A DNA stretch of 32,000 nt. Origin: Candidatus Saccharimonadota bacterium (lineage in GTDB: Bacteria; Patescibacteriota; Saccharimonadia; Saccharimonadales; Saccharimonadaceae). Shown here piece by piece: positions 16,685 through 25,186 of the stretch (the first letter of the stretch is position 1; every line of letters begins with the position of its first letter). Location of the stretch: the NCBI GenBank assembly GCA_002421785.1, contig DIRZ01000001.1, positions 90,001 to 122,000 on the forward strand, read 5' to 3'. The notes under the pieces are model-generated. The model was not told the DNA's origin and searched no databases. It saw only the letters and a program-made list of their open reading frames with translations. The translations under genes were made by a program, and so were the position numbers.

Positions 16685-16706
16685 TTATCCACAGATTTGT
16701 GGACAA
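16685..16706. promoter_or_regulatory. Inverted pair of DnaA-box-like 9-mers
   Basis: TTATCCACA (16685-16693), 4 nt, then TGTGGACAA (16698-16706, complement TTGTCCACA). Confidence 0.35.
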
Positions 16707-16787
16707 ACTCGTCGCCCAACAGATATAAAAATTACCACTACCCCGCTTTAAGGTGTGGTATTTTTAGCTGCGACGACAGACGCGCCG

Positions 16788-16919
16788 CTACAGTGCAAGC
16801 TGTAGCACTACCCAGGCAGCAAAGAGTGCGCCGTAGGCAAAAAAGCTCACCACCGCTACCTTTGAACGGACTGGTGCCGCGGTCGTAGCTATTGGTGTGG
16901 GTTCTTTTGGTGCTTTCAT
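16788..16919 (-). CDS. Possible 43-aa small membrane protein
   Basis: The product is MKAPKEPTPIATTAAPVRSKVAVVSFFAYGALFAAWVVLQLAL, with a hydrophobic C-terminal helix. A hairpin follows downstream (TACCACTACC/GGTGTGGTA at about 16733-16760). There is no clear Shine-Dalgarno and it is shorter than the ORF-track cutoff. Confidence 0.25.
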   Translation of the reverse strand: MKAPKEPTPIATTAAPVRSKVAVVSFFAYGALFAAWVVLQLAL

Positions 16920-16960
16920 TATGATTTCATTATAGCATAAGTTATACAAAAAGTCAATCT

Positions 16961-17770
16961 TTACCCCTGTTGGCGATGGCGACCGTACGCTATAGCCGTC
17001 TTGAGCGCTCCGAGCGCTTCAGTCATTCCCTGCACCGCGACGACGCCAGGGGGTAGCTCGCCCTTCTGAAAGTCCATCTGATTTGCTTCATCCGATGGGC
17101 TGACGCGAATCCCATCAATTTCATCAATCTTTCCCGAGAAGCTATCGGTTTTGTCATCGAGCAAAATAACCCGCGTCGCCACGGCTTGCGTATCAGGCTC
17201 AATACTCATCGTGTCGGGCAGATAAAATCCATCCTTCTCGTGCCATTTGCTTATTTTCGCCCCCTTCTCGCGTCGGTTGCACACATAGCTCGGGAGTGTA
17301 CCCAGGCCCGCAGCCTCAATCTTTGCAAGTTGCCACTGCTTCGCATCTGACCATTTCTGATCATTGCGGTCAGGCGAGCTCGCTCCATAGGTAAACATCG
17401 CGAGGAATAGGCCCTCATGCGCCGCATAGTCGATAATTTTGCGAGCATCCTTCATCAATAGATCTTGCCGACGACCGCGTTCGATAAAATCAGGCTCGAC
17501 GTCGTTCGCCCATGTGTACCCCGTCCCCTCTAGGGTGTGGTTAATAAAGCCAACCACGTTATACGATTCCTTGGCGCGCTTTGCACGGTCATATTCATCA
17601 CGCAGCTGCTTCCCTGTCATAGGAGTATTAAACGCGGTCGCGTCAACAGCCACATCAAAGGCCTTCATCGTATCCAGCGCACAACGATCAACATCAAAAA
17701 AAATAGCTTCCGGAATCCGAATAATGCGCCGTCCGCGCGCGTCATGACTAGGCATTTCACCACTGTACAT
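16961..17770 (-). CDS. Hypothetical protein, possibly a HAD-superfamily hydrolase
   Basis: A DxD motif occurs in IFFDVDRCALDT and a late acidic motif in VILLDDK. The assignment is tentative. Confidence 0.4.
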   Translation of the reverse strand: MYSGEMPSHDARGRRIIRIPEAIFFDVDRCALDTMKAFDVAVDATAFNTPMTGKQLRDEYDRAKRAKESYNVVGFINHTLEGTGYTWANDVEPDFIERGRRQDLLMKDARKIIDYAAHEGLFLAMFTYGASSPDRNDQKWSDAKQWQLAKIEAAGLGTLPSYVCNRREKGAKISKWHEKDGFYLPDTMSIEPDTQAVATRVILLDDKTDSFSGKIDEIDGIRVSPSDEANQMDFQKGELPPGVVAVQGMTEALGALKTAIAYGRHRQQG

Positions 17771-17776
17771 GGCAGT

Positions 17777-17785
17777 ATTATACCA
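17777..17785 (-). promoter_or_regulatory. Extended -10 element (TGgTATAAT) 6 nt upstream of ATG 17770
   Basis: The minus strand reads TGGTATAAT-actgcc-ATG. This geometry places the transcription start on or next to the start codon. Confidence 0.55.
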
Positions 17786-17795
17786 TAATTATTTA

Positions 17796-18821
17796 CTATT
17801 TGCCAAATTGGGCATCAGCAAGCGAAATCAGTGCACTTGCAACCGCAACGGGATTGTGACGGATCAGTGAACGTGTCACGGGCAAGTGCGAATCCGCAGC
17901 GTTGTATGCCATAATCTGCCCCAGGAAGTTCCCACCGAGCGCATGGTAGGATTGCTGCGCCAGTGTCGCATCGTCTACCTCAACCAAATAAGCATTTTCT
18001 GCTTTATAGCGCTCCAATATTCGCTCCGATGGAATTTGACTGTTATACAGCACTGCGTCCAGGAAGTCGCCGCCACCGAATCGTTCTATCTCATGCGCGT
18101 GATCCGACACTGTGAAGTTACTCGTCTGCCCGTCCTTTGTCACGAGGTTGCACACATATACCACCCTAGCGTTAGTGCGGCGAAGAGCGTCGCCAATTCC
18201 ATCAACGACCAGCAGTGGACCGAGTGAGGTATAGAGGTCGCCAGGGGCAATCACCACCAAGTCAGCCTGTTCAATTGCTTGCACTGCCATTGCGTTCACC
18301 TGGGGACGAGGCTCGAGCGATAGTTGGGCTTTGCGGGGATCTTTCTTAAAATGCTCAGCGTCGATTACACGCTCGCCATGAAGCGTCAGGCTAGTATCTT
18401 CCCATGACATCTTCAAGCGGATATCATCAAACGTCACGGGAATCACTGTTCCATTCACGCGTAAGATCTCGCTGGCCGTATCGATAGCTTCGCGAAAACT
18501 ACCTGTCGATTTTTCGAGGGCGGTAAGGAGTAAATTACCAAAGGAGTGCCCTTCAAACGTTCCCTCTTCGAACCGATAGTTAAATAAATCACGAATTTTC
18601 GGAGAGTCACTCAACGCCACCAAGCACTGACGCACATCCCCGGGGGGCAACACCCCCAGCTCATCCCGTAGCACACCGGTACTCCCGCCATCGTCCGCCA
18701 TATTTACAATGGCGGCAATCTTCGTTGTATGTTCCTTGAGCGCAGAAAGCAGCGTAAAGCTGCCCGTTCCGCCGCCAATAAGCGCAATTTTTAAATCATC
18801 ATTACCAAATGGTGTTTCCAT
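17796..18821 (-). CDS. YvcK/CofD-family (UPF0052, gluconeogenesis factor-like) protein
   Basis: The family signature is IALIGGGTGSFTLLSALK...IVNMADDGGSTGVLRDELGVLPPGDVRQCLVAL. Confidence 0.85.
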   Translation of the reverse strand: METPFGNDDLKIALIGGGTGSFTLLSALKEHTTKIAAIVNMADDGGSTGVLRDELGVLPPGDVRQCLVALSDSPKIRDLFNYRFEEGTFEGHSFGNLLLTALEKSTGSFREAIDTASEILRVNGTVIPVTFDDIRLKMSWEDTSLTLHGERVIDAEHFKKDPRKAQLSLEPRPQVNAMAVQAIEQADLVVIAPGDLYTSLGPLLVVDGIGDALRRTNARVVYVCNLVTKDGQTSNFTVSDHAHEIERFGGGDFLDAVLYNSQIPSERILERYKAENAYLVEVDDATLAQQSYHALGGNFLGQIMAYNAADSHLPVTRSLIRHNPVAVASALISLADAQFGK

Positions 18822-18824
18822 GTA

Positions 18825-20081
18825 CTATCCCCTTATTTTCTTTAAGACACGCGCCAGCCACAGCGCACTCGGCCGGGGCGTGCGGGCACCTGTCGTATAA
18901 TCAACCGCAAATAACCCAAATCGCGGCCATGTGCCTTTATCCCACTCAAAATTATCCAGCAGGCTCCAGTGCAGGTAGCCAAGCACGTCCACGCCGCTTT
19001 CCATAGCCTTTTGTAGCGCTACAATCGTCTGCGTCAGCCACCACTGACGGTATTGATCAGTCGCATCAGCCACTCCGTTTTCCGTTATCATAATAGGCAA
19101 ATGGTATTTATCATGAAGGCGCTTTAGTACTAGCTCGATGTTCTGCGGCTCCATATCCCACCCGAGGTCACTCACTTTATCCTGTGGGTTATGCATGCGA
19201 TACCCGTAAATCCGCGCGTCCATGTAGTAATTCACACCCAAGAAATCACAAGTTTTATACACCTGTCGCAAAAAATAGTCGTCCTGAATGAATTGCCCCA
19301 CCGATGCCGATACGCGCGACAGCCATGCATCATCACCGGGGTACACGAACATGCTGTTCTTTGCTACCGACACTTTGTATTTTCGACTCTTCTTGTGAAT
19401 CACCCCCGCCGCACGATTATGTGCGAGCGCCAGATTACGATACACGCGAAGCGCAAGAAGCTTTTTGTGACGCTGCGGCGGCCACTCCCCGGTAACGTAG
19501 CTTTGGTACGTATAGGTTTCTGGTTCATTGATGGTGATGATATACCGTACGCTCGGCCCTAGCTCTTCGAGAATTCTATCTACGAACTCCACAAAATAAC
19601 GTATGTTGGCGCGCCGCTCAAAACCGCCCTTTCGGGCAAACCATATTGGTAGTGTAAAGTGAAACAACGTCATCACCGGCTCCAGTCCACGCTTCTTCAT
19701 CGCGACAATGTAGTCTTTGTAGTGGCGCACCGCTTCGGCGTTCCACGCGTCCTCTTCAGGCTGAATGCGCGACCATTCGACGCTAAAACGAAAGGCATTC
19801 ATATGCATGGTACGCGCCAGGTCAAAGTCTTGCTCGTACTGTGTATAGTGATTCACCGTCCGCCCCGATACGTAGTTGCCGGGCTGCTTGGCGACGTGCT
19901 TCACTGCTGGCCAATTATCTAAGTCCTCAAACTGATACGTGGAGCGAATCGCCAGTGCTTTAGCATTTTCGAGTTCCCATTCACTCCACTGGTTATGGTT
20001 CCCGCCTTCAACCTGGTGCGCCGCAGTGCTGACACCCCATAGAAAACTTTTTGGAAACTTCAGCTCAGGTCGATTCGGCAT
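18825..20081 (-). CDS. Glycoside hydrolase family 1 (beta-glucosidase-like)
   Basis: It has FLWGVSTAAHQVEGG at the N-terminus, TINEP (acid/base Glu) and ITENG (nucleophile Glu). Confidence 0.9.
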   Translation of the reverse strand: MPNRPELKFPKSFLWGVSTAAHQVEGGNHNQWSEWELENAKALAIRSTYQFEDLDNWPAVKHVAKQPGNYVSGRTVNHYTQYEQDFDLARTMHMNAFRFSVEWSRIQPEEDAWNAEAVRHYKDYIVAMKKRGLEPVMTLFHFTLPIWFARKGGFERRANIRYFVEFVDRILEELGPSVRYIITINEPETYTYQSYVTGEWPPQRHKKLLALRVYRNLALAHNRAAGVIHKKSRKYKVSVAKNSMFVYPGDDAWLSRVSASVGQFIQDDYFLRQVYKTCDFLGVNYYMDARIYGYRMHNPQDKVSDLGWDMEPQNIELVLKRLHDKYHLPIMITENGVADATDQYRQWWLTQTIVALQKAMESGVDVLGYLHWSLLDNFEWDKGTWPRFGLFAVDYTTGARTPRPSALWLARVLKKIRG

Positions 20082-20116
20082 ATGTGCCTATTATACCATC
20101 GCCCCTTATCTCAGGC

Positions 20117-21094
20117 CTACTCGGCAGTGCTTTCGCTAACACGCAGCTCCTTCTTGCCCTTCAGCTCGTACTTGATTCCTGTCATATCACTTGTCACGTA
20201 ATCATCGTTCAGAAGATTCACGAATTTAGCCGCGTCTTTCGCATCCATGATAATAATCGCGCCCTCAGCATCATCGGTCATGAGCTCCAGGCCCATTTCG
20301 TCTGCATGCTCAACCACTTGATCCTGCGTCACGACGGTTGGGTCAACTTTCTGCAGCTTCGTAACGAGGCTTGGCGTGTCACGAACCAGTGCGTCAAACG
20401 TCATACCTTCAGGGAATTTCAGTTTAAAATGCGCTTCGATTTCTTTAATCTTCTCCTCAGCAACAGCAAACTTCTTCGCGTCGTAGCCAAACATCCGAAT
20501 AAACTTTGTCTCGCTAAATGCGAAACAGTCGTTCCCCGCTACCAACACCTGGTTATCAGGGGTGATGCGAAGCCCTGCATCTGCACTGAATGGTTGAAAT
20601 GAATCACCATCATACATCCATGCAGTAGCGCCTTTGAGTACCTGTGACTGCGGCAATAATTTTCCAATAAAGAATGGCTCGCCGTCCTGCTTTTTGAACC
20701 GCGCGATGATACCTTTTACTTTCTTAAATTCATGCTCACCCTCGCGGAACACTTCCAGCCCTTCTTCGCCGAACATGATTTGCTCAATCACCTCCTGAGC
20801 ATGTTCGACTTTTTCGAGTTCAGTTCGTTCAAGTACGTTATCTTCAGCCGCAGCGGCTTCAAAATCCCGTACCATCATGCCTGTTGCAGCACCCGTCTGG
20901 ACCGTGCTAATCATGTCATACAAAAACAGTACTTTAAGTTGTGCTTTTAGTTCTTTCGCGTAATTTGTTGCGTAGACGGTATACCCCTTTGTAAACAAGA
21001 AGAGGTCGATATCGAGCTGATCCTTATCCCTATCTGCCTGGTTCGCCCACAAAAAAATATCGGTTGGTTCTGTCGTTGTATCTTGTTCTGCCAT
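20117..21094 (-). CDS. Hypothetical protein, possibly DUF4868/KwaB-like
   Basis: The 325-aa length fits that family. The C-terminal FVNLLNDDYVTSDMTGIKYE resembles my recollection of the KwaB C-terminus, recalled from memory and not verified. Confidence 0.4.
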   Translation of the reverse strand: MAEQDTTTEPTDIFLWANQADRDKDQLDIDLFLFTKGYTVYATNYAKELKAQLKVLFLYDMISTVQTGAATGMMVRDFEAAAAEDNVLERTELEKVEHAQEVIEQIMFGEEGLEVFREGEHEFKKVKGIIARFKKQDGEPFFIGKLLPQSQVLKGATAWMYDGDSFQPFSADAGLRITPDNQVLVAGNDCFAFSETKFIRMFGYDAKKFAVAEEKIKEIEAHFKLKFPEGMTFDALVRDTPSLVTKLQKVDPTVVTQDQVVEHADEMGLELMTDDAEGAIIIMDAKDAAKFVNLLNDDYVTSDMTGIKYELKGKKELRVSESTAE

Positions 21095-21100
21095 ATATCC

Positions 21101-21109
21101 AGTGTACCA
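21101..21109 (-). promoter_or_regulatory. Extended -10-like element (TGgTACACT) 6 nt upstream of ATG 21094
   Basis: The minus strand reads TGGTACACT-ggatat-ATG. It is preceded by a very AT-rich ~150-bp tract (21120-21250). Confidence 0.4.
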
Positions 21110-21249
21110 AGCTCGGGGGTAAATTTGACAATTTTGTTGTATATATTTCTATATACTTTGACCATATTTATTGAATATGTTGTAAAAATCTTTGCAATAT
21201 TATTGTATTTATTAAGTGATTATATTTGCATAAATTATTAGTGCATTAT

Positions 21250-21278
21250 ATAAAATAGCACTCCGCCGTAGGAGTGCT
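21250..21278 (-). terminator. Intrinsic terminator after the helicase gene
   Basis: On the minus strand, AGCACTCC-tacggc-GGAGTGCT (stem arms at 21257-21264 and 21271-21278) is followed by ATTTTAT. Confidence 0.7.
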
Positions 21279-21301
21279 TACAAAGGTACATTTTGACCCA
21301 G

Positions 21302-22828
21302 CTACCCCTGCACCATATCCTCACCATAGTGCTTCTGAAGGCGCATCGTGACACTTCCCTCATGACGGCCCAACTTCTTACTGAGTTGTTTAACACTTGC
21401 CCCATTGGCGAACTCTTGCTTTAAGAGTCCATCGTCGCTATCTGTCCACGGACGGTATGCGTTCGGGTATGTCTCCCGCATTTTCGCTATCTTATCTGCC
21501 CAGCCAGAACCAGTCTTACGGGCTGCAACTGGCGCCTTGAGGTCTCGTTTATCTGCCTTTGCAGCCAAATGTGCGAACCGTTTACTATCGTATTGGGCAC
21601 GGGACCGCAGCTGAATGTCTATCTCTTGCGCTTTCTGACTCACCGACAAAGCCATCCGATTAATTCCCGTCAGGTACAGGTTGCCGATATCCTTAACGCG
21701 GCTCAGCGCTACATATCCCATCCCTTCTACGAACGCCTTGCGTAGGTCTATACGGGCCGCGTCAAGCGTCATACCCTGACTTTTGTGTACCGTGATTGCC
21801 CAGGCCAGCCGAAGTGGCACCTGACTAATACTCGCACGCTTTTTGTCACCATCACGCAGCTCCCAGGTATCCGGTTGCATCGTCACGGTCTTGCCATTCA
21901 TAAACTCGACTACCGGATAATCTGTTCCCGGCTCAAAGTCAACGACTGTTCCTATACTTCCATTTACGTATCGTCGGTTCGCATCATTTTTAACCGCCAT
22001 CACCAAAGCCCCTTGCTTCAGCGTCAACACGGCAGGCGCAAGGACGCTCCGCTGCAGGTTCTCAACGTAGTTGTCGCTCCCGGTTGTATGCTGCTGATAC
22101 GATACTTCGTCGCCATCCAGCTTTGCGAGTTGTAGGGTGTTCATACGGTCAACATCCACATTCACCGTGTGTAGCTCTGTTAGCTGTACGCCATCAGGCA
22201 CGTCAATGTCGGCACGCTCCAACAGCTTCTCGGCATGGCGGCGCCGTAAATCGCCAGCGCGTAGGTGCGTCAGAATTTCCAGCAAATCATCGCCTTCTTT
22301 CTGTCGGAACTGCTCGTCGAGGTAAAGTATGGTCGGTTCAAGCTCTGCCCAGACCTTGCTATTCACCACGAAGCCCCCTGTTCGCGAGCCTTCCCGGTTC
22401 ACCGGGGGCAACTGAAAGAAGTCGCCGCTCATCACAACCTGGATTCCACCGAAAGGTTCGTCTTTACGACGCACCAGCCGACACACCTCGTCCACCATAT
22501 CAAGTCGATAATCATGCAACATGCTAATCTCGTCGATGAGCAATACGTCAGTCTTTTCAATAATCTCTCGACGACCTTTCGCCATATGGTCCAAAAAGTT
22601 ATTTGGCAGCTCGTCGTGAACTCCGATACCCGCCCACGCGTGAATGGTGCTCCCCCCAAGGTGTGTTGCGGCCAAGCCGGTCGTCGCTGTGACACTCACG
22701 TGCTTTCCATCATGCTTACTAAGCCGAATAAACTGGTTCAATACGAAGGTTTTACCCGTGCCCGCTGGCCCGGTCAACAACGCACTCTCCCCTGCGAGCA
22801 AAATTTCTAGCGCTAACCCCTGATTCAT
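21302..22828 (-). CDS. Pif1/RecD-family SF1B DNA helicase with a C-terminal HTH-like extension
   Basis: Motifs are Walker A LTGPAGTGKTF, Walker B LLIDEISML, VHKSQGMTLD and YVALSRV. The C-terminal ~70 aa (DGLLKQEFANGASVKQLSKKLGRHEGSVTMRL) look like an HTH. Confidence 0.85.
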   Translation of the reverse strand: MNQGLALEILLAGESALLTGPAGTGKTFVLNQFIRLSKHDGKHVSVTATTGLAATHLGGSTIHAWAGIGVHDELPNNFLDHMAKGRREIIEKTDVLLIDEISMLHDYRLDMVDEVCRLVRRKDEPFGGIQVVMSGDFFQLPPVNREGSRTGGFVVNSKVWAELEPTILYLDEQFRQKEGDDLLEILTHLRAGDLRRRHAEKLLERADIDVPDGVQLTELHTVNVDVDRMNTLQLAKLDGDEVSYQQHTTGSDNYVENLQRSVLAPAVLTLKQGALVMAVKNDANRRYVNGSIGTVVDFEPGTDYPVVEFMNGKTVTMQPDTWELRDGDKKRASISQVPLRLAWAITVHKSQGMTLDAARIDLRKAFVEGMGYVALSRVKDIGNLYLTGINRMALSVSQKAQEIDIQLRSRAQYDSKRFAHLAAKADKRDLKAPVAARKTGSGWADKIAKMRETYPNAYRPWTDSDDGLLKQEFANGASVKQLSKKLGRHEGSVTMRLQKHYGEDMVQG

Positions 22829-22870
22829 CTCTTTCTAGTATAGCGCCGCAACTTCAGCCTGTCTGTTGTA

Positions 22871-23860
22871 CTATTTATCCCAGCTAAATCCATTCCCGAA
22901 GTGCCCGTACCGCGCAGTTTGTTCGAACTGCGGCCGATCAAGCTGGAGCGCCTGAATAATGCCCTTCGGCGTGAGATCATACCCCTCCACCAACTGCTGT
23001 ACGCCGTCGACAATTACTGTCGCTTCGAGTGGTTCCGCACGTCCAATCGCATAGGCAAGATAGCAATACACCTCCGCCGCGTCATGAGCACGCAGGTAGT
23101 CTACGGCGATGCGACGCGCCATGTAGGCAGCACTGCGATCAACCTTCGTCGCGTCCTTACCGCTAAAGCACCCTCCGCCAATCGGCACCCCTGGACCATA
23201 GTTATCGACGACAAGTTTACGCCCGGTGAGGCCTGCGTCTGCTTCAAATCCGCCCTGGTGCCAGTCGCCAGCAGGGTTGATGTGCAACAATGGCTGAGTC
23301 GTCGTCTTGACGCGCGGCTCCGTCGCTAACCATGCCTCAACCTCATAGCGTAGGTCTGACTGCGCGACATTCTGAAAGCTTGCCACCACTGACTCCAGAA
23401 AGCCGTCTCTCAGCGTCACTTGCGTCTTCCCGTCATAAGGCCATATTGCATACAGCCGTTGGTTCAAAGAACGTGCCAGCACGGTTTCGAGAGGCAGTAG
23501 TTCAACTGTCTCGTTACATGCGTACCCTACCATGATTCCTTGGTCACCCGCACCACCTGCGTCAACACCTCTGGCAATTTCAGGACTTTGCTTCACAATG
23601 TGTTCAATGATTTCTACCTCACCTGCCAAACGCTTCACTATTGGCACGACATCAACATACTGCTGCGCCGTTACCTCCCCAGTCAGGAAGACGGTGCCAT
23701 GGCCACCACAAGTCTCGACCGCAACGCGCGCAGATGGATCCACTGCTAAATACGCATCAAGAATAGCATCACTGATTTGATCACAAATTTTATCAGGATG
23801 CCCCGGACTGACGCTTTCAGCGCTTCGATAGTTCACTTTTTGGATTGTTGTTGCAGACAT
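22871..23860 (-). CDS. metK: S-adenosylmethionine synthetase
   Basis: Motifs are ESVSPGHPDKICDQISDAILD, GAGDQGIMVGYA and GGGCFSGKDATKVDRSAAY. ATG 23860 has AAAGGAG 7 nt upstream. The longer ORF-track start at 23953 runs into the riboswitch. Confidence 0.93.
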   Translation of the reverse strand: MSATTIQKVNYRSAESVSPGHPDKICDQISDAILDAYLAVDPSARVAVETCGGHGTVFLTGEVTAQQYVDVVPIVKRLAGEVEIIEHIVKQSPEIARGVDAGGAGDQGIMVGYACNETVELLPLETVLARSLNQRLYAIWPYDGKTQVTLRDGFLESVVASFQNVAQSDLRYEVEAWLATEPRVKTTTQPLLHINPAGDWHQGGFEADAGLTGRKLVVDNYGPGVPIGGGCFSGKDATKVDRSAAYMARRIAVDYLRAHDAAEVYCYLAYAIGRAEPLEATVIVDGVQQLVEGYDLTPKGIIQALQLDRPQFEQTARYGHFGNGFSWDK

Positions 23861-24014
23861 AATAAAAACTCCTTTCATCTGCCCCGCAACCAGATCAAAG
23901 GAGTCATTGTTTATGTGACATGCATCTATCCCGTTACGGGTTGGAATTAGCACCTAGCTTCCCTAGGTTGCTGGCGGGTCAAAGGGCCAATCCCTCGCCG
24001 CACTCTTGATACTA
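23861..24014 (-). promoter_or_regulatory. SAM-I (S-box) riboswitch with a terminator/SD-sequestering hairpin
   Basis: The minus strand reads ATCAAGAGTGCGGCGAGGGATTGGCCCTTTGACCCGCCAGCAACCTAGGGAAGCTAGGTGCTAATTCCAACCCGTAACGGGATAGATGCA, which contains the S-box core blocks. A 14-bp hairpin (arms at 23868-23881 and 23891-23904) then includes the SD and is followed by UUUUUAUU. A TATAAT lies at 24031-24026. Confidence 0.88.
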
Positions 24015-24044
24015 AATTGTTAATGATTATAGTGTATCAAAAAG

Positions 24045-24719
24045 TTATTCGGCTTGCAAATCGAAGCCATCAAGCAGCTCGCGGCCATATATATCTGTGC
24101 GCATTGTGAGCGCGTCAAAGTCAGCCTCGGTCACGGGCTTCCATGGACTTTCGGTATCGCGCAATGGGTTGATATACCGGTAATAGCCCGGGGAAACATC
24201 GGGGTGAGCCGCGTTCACCGTCCTTTCATGGTCCAGTGCCAACAGCTGTTTCGCCCCATTTGGTGCCTGAATAATCTCAGCATCAGTCTGAGCGTCAGAA
24301 ATAATCTGAATAGGCAAAACTTCTGCCTGATACATCCCCACAGGGTCACCCCACGTAAAACGGAACATGTTGCGACGTGTTTCGTAGGCTCCCCCCACGC
24401 GCACAGAGTCACCCTCCAGAACTAGTAGGCGCCCCGCATTCGCACCCATATCAGTGCGGAAACTTGCCGAGTACAAGCGTTCACGCATAATTTTTGTTCG
24501 AAATTTTTTGTCAGGCTCCGACCATTCAGTCAGTGAACCAGGAAGTAAATATTCAGTGCCGATGCGCGTTCGCGCTCGCTCGCCCTGGCGCGCATAGCGA
24601 ATACCCTTTCCCTGGCGTCGTACGATATCAACCATCAAATCCCGGTACTCTTTGAGCTGCACTATTGTTGGCCTGTCATCGCCCACCCCATCTGGTATAT
24701 ATTCAAATGGGTTTACCAT
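24045..24719 (-). CDS. Hypothetical protein (224 aa)
   Basis: This long ORF starts 4 nt after the rnhA stop, with GGAGAGAGG upstream, so the two are probably co-translated. I recognised no motif. Confidence 0.7.
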   Translation of the reverse strand: MVNPFEYIPDGVGDDRPTIVQLKEYRDLMVDIVRRQGKGIRYARQGERARTRIGTEYLLPGSLTEWSEPDKKFRTKIMRERLYSASFRTDMGANAGRLLVLEGDSVRVGGAYETRRNMFRFTWGDPVGMYQAEVLPIQIISDAQTDAEIIQAPNGAKQLLALDHERTVNAAHPDVSPGYYRYINPLRDTESPWKPVTEADFDALTMRTDIYGRELLDGFDLQAE

Positions 24720-24722
24720 CCG

Positions 24723-25142
24723 CTAAATCCTCTCTCCTTCACGCGCTTTGTTCGCCCACACATCAGCGAGTTCGTTACCTTCATCATTGTTATGCCCACG
24801 AACCCATATAAGCTCCGCGTGGGACTCATTAAACAACGTATACGCCTCTTGCACAAGCTCAAGGTTTTTAATTGGGCCACCACTTTTTTTCCACCCCTTC
24901 GCTTCCCAGCCAGGTGCCCACTTCGTGATAACATTAATCCAAAACTCACTATCAGTGTGAATTTTGCACGGCGCACCCGCTGCTAATTTCATTGCAGCAA
25001 TCAGCGCATAGCCCTCCATGCGTATATTTGTCGTCTGCCCTTCCTCGCTACCCAGCGCGGCCGGCTTACCATGCTCAATAACCGCAAATCCACCAGGGCC
25101 AGGGTTTGGGCTCGCGCTCCCATCTGTATAAAACACTCTCAT
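24723..25142 (-). CDS. rnhA: Ribonuclease HI
   Basis: Motifs are MRVFYTDGSASPNPGPGGFAVI, IHTDSEF and WVRGHNNDEGNELADVWA, giving the DEDD catalytic pattern. Confidence 0.9.
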   Translation of the reverse strand: MRVFYTDGSASPNPGPGGFAVIEHGKPAALGSEEGQTTNIRMEGYALIAAMKLAAGAPCKIHTDSEFWINVITKWAPGWEAKGWKKSGGPIKNLELVQEAYTLFNESHAELIWVRGHNNDEGNELADVWANKAREGERI

Positions 25143-25186
25143 TACTTCTTATCATAGCGTGTTTTGAACATAATCCAAAGCGTCTG

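Noticed and set aside
23861-23953. N-terminal 31-aa extension of MetK from the ORF track
   Set aside because: The extension overlaps the SAM-I aptamer and terminator. The conserved MetK N-terminus begins right after ATG 23860, which has a strong AAAGGAG site.
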